Assembly (NCBI GenBank): GCA_965247625.1
Contig: CBDFHL010000006.1
Span: forward strand, 34,755-98,754
Direction of reading: 5' to 3'
DNA length: 64,000 nt
Source of the DNA: Methyloglobulus sp.
Lineage (GTDB): Bacteria > Pseudomonadota > Gammaproteobacteria > Methylococcales > Methylomonadaceae
The notes below the pieces were generated by a model. The model had not been told where the DNA came from. It saw only the letters and a program-made list of their open reading frames with translations, and searched no databases. This document shows positions 27,548-35,370 of the stretch, piece by piece (position 1 is the stretch's first letter; every line of letters starts with the position of its first letter). A program made the position numbers and the translations under genes.

Positions 27548-27583
27548 GCTAAAGGCTGCTCCCGATAGGGCGTAGCCTTTAGC
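27548..27583 (+). other. Long hairpin (10-bp perfect stem GCTAAAGGCT/AGCCTTTAGC, 16-nt loop)
   Basis: Perfect inverted repeat 30 nt after the small ORF stop. There is no U-tract, so terminator function is uncertain. Confidence 0.4.
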
Positions 27584-27796
27584 CACATAACAATAGCGAG
27601 TTATTTTAAGGGAAAAGCATAGGTGAAAAGTTAGTTAAGTTTGATTAATTTATCGTTTGCTAAGTCAAATACCTGCCTCTGCAATATTGGGGCGATAAGC
27701 ACTAATAATTGTGATAAAAACAAAAAATATTTAGTTTTCTACCATACTTCTTATTTCAATTAGTGACTTGTCGATTAGCTATCAAATGGTTAAATA

Positions 27797-29290
27797 ATGC
27801 AGGGTATCTTCAAACTCCCCAAAATTTTTGGATTAATTTTCATTGTAGCAGTTCTGGTAAATTCCCCATCTATTGCGGCAGCGACGCGTCATGCGTTGTC
27901 GGATCAGCATATTCGTGACGTTGTTGAAAAGCTAATGCACGAAAAAAATCAGAAAATCGAACAACTGGAAGCCCGCATCAAGCAGTTGGAAACTCACCAG
28001 GCCGTTCCGCAAACGGCTACACAAGCCCAATCGGCTAATAACCAAACACAAACCAATAGCGATAAGCCCAAAGAAGCAAGCGCTCAGAACCTAGCATTGC
28101 CACCAGGTACCGTTGCCAAAAATAGCCACAGTGATTCGACCATCATGAGCAAGCTAGGTGATTTGGGGGAAGAAATTGAAGAATTAAAAGAAGGCGCAAA
28201 AGAAAAAGGCCTGGATATCAGCGGTTTTTTTGACGTGAATGCCAAAACCGATAATTCAACCGACCAGACGTTCAGCGTTGGTTCGGTCGAGCTGGATTTG
28301 GAATATGCTTACAATGATCGTTTTGCCGCCAGCTCGGCGATTGTTTTGTGCGGCAATTCTTCGGGTGTCGATTCTGCCGCGCCGGCCGCCATCTTCTGTG
28401 GCGGTAGCGGGCCGGGTGGCTTAGGCGGCGGCCAAGCCGGGATTGCAGTCGCGTTAGCTGACTTCCATATGTTCGATAATTCTATACCGCCAAGGGGCCG
28501 GATTTTCAATAACCAAGGCTTTCATATCCAGGCTGGACGCTTTGATATTCCGTTCTCCACCGATTACCAGAATTTCGCCAATACTGATCGGGTGACTGTC
28601 ACGGCGCCTATTACCACATCCAGGATGCAATTCGGCGGATTTAACGGTGACGGGTTGCGGTCTTACGGTTCCTGGAAATTCTTAAACTACTCCGTATTCT
28701 GGACAGACGCTATGTTCGCCAATGATGGCACGTCGGTAGGTGGCCGTCTGGGGCTAGCACTGGGCCAAAATAATTACCGTAGCCATAAAAATAACCCAGA
28801 AGGTATTGAGGCTGGCGTGTCGTATCTAGCCGATTTGGACAAAAACTATAATTTGCGTCATGCGGTTTATGGTGTCGACTTGAGCTTGGGTTACAGTTTT
28901 CTCCGCTTACAAAATGAATTATTACTGACCCAAGCATATAACAATTTTGAAGTTACCGACGATGCTGGCAATATCATCGCAGATTACGGCAAGCCCCACC
29001 AATTAGGCTACCATTCGACTTTAACGGCAGATTTGGAGCGGTTTATCGGCTATCCAGTGATTACCTTTATCCGTTATGGCCGATGGGAGCCGAAAGCCCG
29101 TAAAGCAGAGGATTTTGATGGCACACTTGTCGATATAAAGAATATTTCAGCATTAACGGTTGGCCTAAATTATCGCTTTAGTGAATATCTCAAACTTAAG
29201 TTCGAGTATACCGATTCGTTGGGTTCATCCACGACAGAACGTTTTTTTGATAAGCAATTGGGTATAGCCCAGATGGTCGTGTCTTTCTAA
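27797..29290 (+). CDS. Porin-like outer-membrane beta-barrel protein with N-terminal coiled coil
   Basis: Signal peptide (..VNSPSIAAA), then a coiled coil (EKNQKIEQLEARIKQLE). The region after that is rich in alternating G/Y/F residues. The C-terminal ..GIAQMVVSF ends in Phe, as in OMP barrels. Confidence 0.7.
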   Translation: MQGIFKLPKIFGLIFIVAVLVNSPSIAAATRHALSDQHIRDVVEKLMHEKNQKIEQLEARIKQLETHQAVPQTATQAQSANNQTQTNSDKPKEASAQNLALPPGTVAKNSHSDSTIMSKLGDLGEEIEELKEGAKEKGLDISGFFDVNAKTDNSTDQTFSVGSVELDLEYAYNDRFAASSAIVLCGNSSGVDSAAPAAIFCGGSGPGGLGGGQAGIAVALADFHMFDNSIPPRGRIFNNQGFHIQAGRFDIPFSTDYQNFANTDRVTVTAPITTSRMQFGGFNGDGLRSYGSWKFLNYSVFWTDAMFANDGTSVGGRLGLALGQNNYRSHKNNPEGIEAGVSYLADLDKNYNLRHAVYGVDLSLGYSFLRLQNELLLTQAYNNFEVTDDAGNIIADYGKPHQLGYHSTLTADLERFIGYPVITFIRYGRWEPKARKAEDFDGTLVDIKNISALTVGLNYRFSEYLKLKFEYTDSLGSSTTERFFDKQLGIAQMVVSF

Positions 29291-29411
29291 TATGAATAGC
29301 CTTGTCATTCCGACCACGGGTAGGAATCCTTGTGCCTTTAGTGATCGACATGGCAATGAAGGTTGAGATAACAAATAACGAAAAATAGATGCTAAGAAAT
29401 AATCAGCCAAT

Positions 29412-29915
29412 ATGAAACCCAATAGTTATTTCACAATTATACTTATGTTGTTATGCCTTTGCGGGGCAGGGCGGGTGTTTGCGCAAAACCCGCATGAAAT
29501 ATCACCGCAAAACCATGACATTGATTGTGCCAGTTGTCATCTTGAAAAACCACAAGTGGCCACTACGGGATTATTGAACAGCAAAAATCATCAAGCTGAC
29601 CCTGCCTACTTCAAAGCTGATGGCATCGAGATGTGTTCCGGTTGTCATGACAAAGACGATGGTCACAAAGTAGGCCTAAAGTTAGAGTTTGATGTCCCTG
29701 CTGATATGCCGTTGGGGACAAAAAATAAACTGACCTGCTTAACCTGCCACTATACTCATGGCAGCCTGAGTAGTAATAAACCGCAAGCTAGCGTGAGTTT
29801 TATGGATAGCATGCTGAATGCAGAACGGTTACACAAAAGTTTCTTACTGCGCCGCAATAATGCCGAAGGCGACTTATGCTTAACCTGTCATGAGGTCAAA
29901 GAGGGATCAAAATAA
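29412..29915 (+). CDS. Periplasmic tetrahaem c-type cytochrome
   Basis: Signal peptide ending VFA/QNP. Four CxxCH motifs: CASCH, CSGCH, CLTCH, CLTCH. Confidence 0.88.
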   Translation: MKPNSYFTIILMLLCLCGAGRVFAQNPHEISPQNHDIDCASCHLEKPQVATTGLLNSKNHQADPAYFKADGIEMCSGCHDKDDGHKVGLKLEFDVPADMPLGTKNKLTCLTCHYTHGSLSSNKPQASVSFMDSMLNAERLHKSFLLRRNNAEGDLCLTCHEVKEGSK

Positions 29916-30481
29916 TGTCTACGAATGAAAATAAACGCCGCAAACTCTTTATTAATAAAACCTTTCAGGGTCGTTTTATTTTAAATGTGTTTCTCTTGAT
30001 TTTACTGTCAAGCCTTTGCTCGGCCTTGCTGATCTACTGGATTACGGGGGGTGATTTACAAGCTGAATTGCAAACCGCACATGGCAGCATTACCAATGCG
30101 CTTGATCACCTCGGCATTTCGATATTTATCGGTAACATGGTGGCGTTGCTGGTGGCTGGCATCATTAATATTTTTATGGTGTTGTACGCTTCCCATAAAA
30201 TTGCTGGCCCCTTGTACCGTTTTGAGAAATTGTGCGAACAAATTGGTGATGGCCAATTGGACGGCATCACTACACTCAGACAGGGCGACCAACTCCAAGA
30301 TATCGGACGGGCATTTAATGAGATGGTCACCAAATTGCGTCACCGTAAAGAACAGAAATCAATTCTCATCGCCCAATTAAACCATGCGCTTGAAAGCTTG
30401 CAACAAGACCAGGCGGTTGCCGCCAATTATTCAGAGCAATTAGAGCAGGTGCGCCAGGCCCTTACCCAGTTACAGGAGTAG
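29915..30481 (+). CDS. HAMP-only membrane protein (2 TM + HAMP, no output domain)
   Basis: Its start overlaps the cytochrome stop (TAATG). It has two TM helices, then HKIAGPLYRFEKLCEQIGDGQLDGITTLRQGDQLQDIGRAFNEMVTKL (HAMP pattern), then a short coiled coil. Confidence 0.75.
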   Translation: MSTNENKRRKLFINKTFQGRFILNVFLLILLSSLCSALLIYWITGGDLQAELQTAHGSITNALDHLGISIFIGNMVALLVAGIINIFMVLYASHKIAGPLYRFEKLCEQIGDGQLDGITTLRQGDQLQDIGRAFNEMVTKLRHRKEQKSILIAQLNHALESLQQDQAVAANYSEQLEQVRQALTQLQE

Positions 30482-30578
30482 GTTATCCCTTCTGAAGCAT
30501 AATTTTTTGGAATTTTAATAGAGATCCTGTTTTTCAACACTATCCACGGTTTAAAAACAATACCCATTAGGAACCGCA

Positions 30579-33500
30579 ATGTTTAAATATTTAAGCTTTA
30601 AAGCCCGCATACTATTAGGCTTTGGCACGGTGCTGCTGCTTATGGTGGCGATGGCGTTGTTTAGTTATTTAAATGATGTAAAGGGCGAAGCAGCACTTAA
30701 TAATATTGATACATTAACCTTACCTAATGCATTAGCTGTCTCTGATATGGTGAAGGATATCATACAGGTTCAACAGTTTTTGACCGATGTGTCAGCGACC
30801 CATAATACAGGTGGTTATGCAGAAGCTGAGGCGTATGCCCAAGCATTCAAAAAAGGCCTGGAATATTTTCGTAACCAAAAAGCGGGCGATACGGAACATT
30901 TAAAAAATTTAGTCGCTCTTGGGCGTGATTTCGATCAGTTTTATGCGGATGGTAAAAGGATGGCAGCGGCGTATTTAAGCGGTGGCTTAGAAGCCGGCAA
31001 TCCAATTATGGAAGAATTTGATAAATCATCGATCAATTTATCTACCCGTATGGAAGCGCTTAGGGCCGCTGAAGTCAAAGATGCAACAACGCATGTCCAT
31101 GCGTTGACTGAATCAACCCAAACGATAACCCACATACTGCTTGGGCTTGTCTTGGTTAGTATTGTGGTTGGCTTGGCTATAGTGTATTACTTAACCGATT
31201 ATCTAAATAATCAACTCGGTGTTGACCCTGTATTTGCCAAAGGTATTGCTAAAGAAATTGCCAAGGGTGACTTTAACCGGGACATCCGCTTAGAACCCGG
31301 CGATACCAAAAGTTTATTGGCTGCATTAAAAAATATGCAACAACAGCTGCGCGAACGGATGAAACAAGAACAGGACATGCAGCAACAGTTACGCGAGAGG
31401 ATGGTGCGCGAAGCCAAAGACAAGGAAAGTGCCTTGCGTGTCAAGATGGCGTTGGATAAAGCCTCAGCGAATGTCATGCTGACCGATGAAAACTATAACA
31501 TCATCTACATGAACGAGTCGCTCACAACGCTTTTCCGTAAACTTAATAACGATTTTAGTAGGGAGTTGACTGGCTTCAATGCGAACTATCTACTGGGAAC
31601 CAATATCGATATTTTCCATAAAAACCCGGCACATCAACGTGCGATGCTGGATGGTTTAAGTTCAACCAGTACAGCGAGCTTTGTATTGGGCGGCCGGCAT
31701 ATGTCGGTAGTGGTAAGTCCCGTTATCGATGATATGGGGCATCGGATCGGTACCGTGGCGGAATGGCAGGATCGCACTGATCAAGTGAAAATAGAAAATG
31801 AAATTAAAGCCATTGTTGATGCGGTTAAAAATGGAACGCTTAATCGCCGTTTGGAAACAGCCGATAAAACCGGGTTCTTTCAAGCTATCAGCACCAATAT
31901 TAACGACCTGACAACAGTAATTGAACATGTTTTTTCTGATATTGCTGATGTTATGCACAGTATGGCAGAGGGAGACCTTACCAACAGGATGACCCATGAT
32001 TACGAAGGTGTTTATGGCCGTTGCAAAGCCAATATCAATACTACTATCGACAAATTACAACAGCGTATTGAACGGGAAACCATAGAAAAAGAAGGTGCGC
32101 TACGCATCAAAATGGCACTCGATAAGGCCTCGACCCATGTCATGATGGCGGATGACCAGCATAATATCATTTACATGAACGATGCACTCCACGCGCTGTT
32201 TAAGGGGATGCAAAATGAATTGCAACGGGAGTTGCCGCAATTTGATGCAAGCAAGCTGATTGGCTCCAACCTTACTCTGTACCATAAAACAGCCCAACCC
32301 AACCTTAGCTTGGACTCGCTACAGGCCACTGTTAAAGCCAAGCTAACTTTGGCTGGGCGTTATATTGATGTGGTGGCCAATCCCGTGTTGGAACCTAACG
32401 GGCGACGCATCGGTACAGTGGTGGAATGGCAAGACCGTACGCGTGAAATAAAAATTGAAACTGAAATTAAAACCATCGTCGATGCGGTTAAAAGCGGTGA
32501 TTTGGATCAACGCTTGAACACGGCAGACAAAACCGGATTTTTCGGGACGCTCAGCACTAATATTAATGAACTGACAGCCGTTATTGAAAATGTGTTTTCC
32601 GACATTGCCGGAATTATGCGTAGCATGGCCGAGGGTGACCTGACTAACCGTATCACTAATGATTACGAGGGTGTTTATGGTTACTGTAAGGACGACATTA
32701 ATGGCACACTTGATAAATTGCGCGAAGCGTTTATCCAAATTGAGGAAGCATCATCTTCTATTAGCCTGTCTTCCGATGAAATATACAGCGGTAATGAAGA
32801 CTTGTCTAACCGTGCTGAGCAACAAGCCGCCAGTCTTGAAGAGACCTCCTCCAGTATGGAAGCGCTGACCGACACAGTTAAGCACAATGCCGAATACGCA
32901 CAGCAAGCCAACGATGAGGCGGCTCAGGCACAGCTACTGGCTGAACAGGGTAGCCATGTGGCGAGATCAGCTGTTAATGCCATGCTGGAAATCAACGATA
33001 GCAGCAAAAAAATTGGCGATATTATTGGTGTTATCGATGAAATTGCCCTGCAAACTAATATATTGGCGCTTAACGCCGCCGTGGAAGCGGCCCGTGCCGG
33101 CGAACAAGGCCGTGGCTTTGCGGTGGTCGCCAGTGAAGTGCGCAACTTAGCGCAACGTTCGGCAGAAGCGGCTAAGGAAATTAAAACCCTAATCAGTGAT
33201 TCGGTGGAGAAAGTTGATGATGGCAGCAAGCTGGTCAGTGAGGCCGGCAGCTCACTTAATGAAATTGTTGTCGGGGTCAAGCAGTTGAATAGCATCATCG
33301 CCCAGATTGCATCTGAAGGCGATCAACAATTTCAAGGTATCAAACAAATTAACTTAGCGGTCGCCCAAATGGACGATATTACCCAACAAAATGCGGCACT
33401 TGCTGAACAAGCTGCCGCAGCTAGTTTGTCAATGAATGAACAAACCCAACATATGCGTAAATTATTGGCATTTTTTAAACTGGGTAACCAATCAATACCG

Positions 33501-33611
33501 CTGCTTAATGCCGTGCAACATGATATCCCAGTGGTCAAACTGAATGCGCCTAAAAAGCCAAAACTGGTCAGTAGCCATAGCCGTAATGATCAAGGGTGGG
33601 AAGAGTTTTAG
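30579..33611 (+). CDS. Methyl-accepting chemotaxis protein with periplasmic helical sensor and duplicated PAS-HAMP-HAMP modules
   Basis: MCP hairpin motif [40 protein letters not shown]. Two ~223-aa internal repeats. C-terminal pentapeptide GWEEF. AGGAA SD sequence. Confidence 0.93.
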   Translation: MFKYLSFKARILLGFGTVLLLMVAMALFSYLNDVKGEAALNNIDTLTLPNALAVSDMVKDIIQVQQFLTDVSATHNTGGYAEAEAYAQAFKKGLEYFRNQKAGDTEHLKNLVALGRDFDQFYADGKRMAAAYLSGGLEAGNPIMEEFDKSSINLSTRMEALRAAEVKDATTHVHALTESTQTITHILLGLVLVSIVVGLAIVYYLTDYLNNQLGVDPVFAKGIAKEIAKGDFNRDIRLEPGDTKSLLAALKNMQQQLRERMKQEQDMQQQLRERMVREAKDKESALRVKMALDKASANVMLTDENYNIIYMNESLTTLFRKLNNDFSRELTGFNANYLLGTNIDIFHKNPAHQRAMLDGLSSTSTASFVLGGRHMSVVVSPVIDDMGHRIGTVAEWQDRTDQVKIENEIKAIVDAVKNGTLNRRLETADKTGFFQAISTNINDLTTVIEHVFSDIADVMHSMAEGDLTNRMTHDYEGVYGRCKANINTTIDKLQQRIERETIEKEGALRIKMALDKASTHVMMADDQHNIIYMNDALHALFKGMQNELQRELPQFDASKLIGSNLTLYHKTAQPNLSLDSLQATVKAKLTLAGRYIDVVANPVLEPNGRRIGTVVEWQDRTREIKIETEIKTIVDAVKSGDLDQRLNTADKTGFFGTLSTNINELTAVIENVFSDIAGIMRSMAEGDLTNRITNDYEGVYGYCKDDINGTLDKLREAFIQIEEASSSISLSSDEIYSGNEDLSNRAEQQAASLEETSSSMEALTDTVKHNAEYAQQANDEAAQAQLLAEQGSHVARSAVNAMLEINDSSKKIGDIIGVIDEIALQTNILALNAAVEAARAGEQGRGFAVVASEVRNLAQRSAEAAKEIKTLISDSVEKVDDGSKLVSEAGSSLNEIVVGVKQLNSIIAQIASEGDQQFQGIKQINLAVAQMDDITQQNAALAEQAAAASLSMNEQTQHMRKLLAFFKLGNQSIPLLNAVQHDIPVVKLNAPKKPKLVSSHSRNDQGWEEF

Positions 33612-33739
33612 GAGAGGAATCACAAAATAGCCGTTGGGTTAACATTGAAGATATATTTAGAATTGCCAAGCAAAACCTGGTTAACGCCTATTGTTCCTAA
33701 GCAGTAAGCCTAAATTGAAAAATCTATTTAACTTGGTTG

Positions 33740-34363
33740 TTACGAGAACAAACTCTCTTCACTCACGTTAGCTATTTCCTCATTACACAAACGTTTGATA
33801 TGTTCCTGTTCGCGATCGATGATGGTGTCGTTATGTAGCCGTTTCAATTTTTTGACTTTGACTGTGCCTTGTCCAGGAAAGAAATAAATCTTACGCGGAT
33901 ACTTCCCGAGTAAATCTTCAGCCACAATCGGTATGCCTTCGTGTTTTAGGTAATGATGCACAAAAGCTGCATTACGCTCGCCAACTTTATCTACCGTGAA
34001 GCTTTTTAGCAGATTACCGCCGCCAAATATTTTGGCTTCGAGATTTTTGGGTTGTGCCCCCATCTCAAGCAACTGGTTGATGAGCATGTCCATGGCGAAC
34101 TTCCCATAGCGTGCCGAGCTGTTGTTAACAGTTTGATTAGCACCGTCATCGTCATTGAAAGGCAGCATAAAATGATTCATCCCGCCAATACCATTGACTT
34201 TATCGCGAATACAGGCAGCTACGCACGAACCCAGCACGGTAACGATAAGCATGGGTCGTGCTGTCGCATAATATTCGCCAGGTAAAATTTTAACGGAATC
34301 GATCTTGAAATGATTATCGTAGTAAAAATTGGGTGCTCGCGGTTGGTCGTACAAATGCGACAT
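33740..34363 (-). CDS. cheD: Chemoreceptor glutamine deamidase CheD
   Basis: LGSCVAACIRD catalytic-Cys context. ~200 aa, adjacent to cheR. Confidence 0.9.
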   Translation of the reverse strand: MSHLYDQPRAPNFYYDNHFKIDSVKILPGEYYATARPMLIVTVLGSCVAACIRDKVNGIGGMNHFMLPFNDDDGANQTVNNSSARYGKFAMDMLINQLLEMGAQPKNLEAKIFGGGNLLKSFTVDKVGERNAAFVHHYLKHEGIPIVAEDLLGKYPRKIYFFPGQGTVKVKKLKRLHNDTIIDREQEHIKRLCNEEIANVSEESLFS

Positions 34364-34386
34364 GATTTGGCTTAACTCAAATTTAT

Positions 34387-35250
34387 TTATTCGCCACTGT
34401 TGCCAAATTTAGGCTGACGCAGTGGCATAGCAAGTTCATAGACAGTTTGCCCGCGTAATTTGAATAAATCCGAGGCATGGTGCAAACTTTCTGAATGTCC
34501 GGCGAACAATAATCCGTGCGGCTCAAGCAGGGGTGCAAAGCGCTTCAGGATTTTATACTGGGTATCCTTGTCAAAATAAATCATAACGTTACGGCAAAAA
34601 ATAACATCGAACAACCCATTAACCGGCCATTGGTTATCGAGTAGGTTAAGCTGACGAAAGCTGATCAAATCACCTAATTCTTTACGGACTTTAACGTTAT
34701 TGGTGTTGTTACCCGAGCCTCTAAGGAAAAAACGTTTGAGGATATCGGGTGGTAGTTTTTCTACCCGGTCTATTGAATAAACGCCGGCTTTGGCTTTGTT
34801 TAAGACATTGGTGTCAATATCGGTAGCTATAATTTCTACCGGTGGTTTATAGGTATTAAAAGCTTCAACCATACTCATTGCTATCGTGTAGGGTTCTTCA
34901 CCGGTAGACGCCGCAGAACACCACACCCGCAAGGGGCGCTTGCGCACGCTTAGCACATGGCTTTTGAGTAACGGAAAATGATGGGGTTCCCTGAAAAAAG
35001 CGGTTAGGTTAGTGGTGAGTGAGTTGATAAAGACTTCCCATTCCTCATCTTGCTGCTTCTCAACCAGTGACAGATAGTCCCCAAATGTTTTTAAGCCGGT
35101 GGCACGTAACCTACGCGCCAAGCGGCTGTACACCATATCCATTTTGCTGTCGTTAAGCTTGATGCCGCTGTGCTTATACAGCATGCTACGAATCCGTTCG
35201 AAATCAGCTGATGTGAATAAAAATTCTTTCTGTTCAGGGTCTCTGCTCAT
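34387..35250 (-). CDS. cheR: Chemotaxis methyltransferase CheR
   Basis: VWCSAASTGEEPYTIAM SAM-binding signature, plus IFCRNVMIYFD. Confidence 0.94.
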   Translation of the reverse strand: MSRDPEQKEFLFTSADFERIRSMLYKHSGIKLNDSKMDMVYSRLARRLRATGLKTFGDYLSLVEKQQDEEWEVFINSLTTNLTAFFREPHHFPLLKSHVLSVRKRPLRVWCSAASTGEEPYTIAMSMVEAFNTYKPPVEIIATDIDTNVLNKAKAGVYSIDRVEKLPPDILKRFFLRGSGNNTNNVKVRKELGDLISFRQLNLLDNQWPVNGLFDVIFCRNVMIYFDKDTQYKILKRFAPLLEPHGLLFAGHSESLHHASDLFKLRGQTVYELAMPLRQPKFGNSGE

Positions 35251-35370
35251 TCTGATTTTACATCCGGGTTGAAGAAAAGTCCCTTTGTGGGTACAAGGCT
35301 AATGTTATGTGCAGTTTTTTAGCATTAATCAATAAAGTTATCTGTCATTTTTACCAACGGGATAAATCCT

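Noticed and set aside
27671-27684. The 14-nt string ACCTGCCTCTGCAA is shared with 63513-63526 (upstream of flhB).
   Set aside because: Several chance 14-mer matches are expected in a 64-kb window when both strands are considered, and the flanks do not match.
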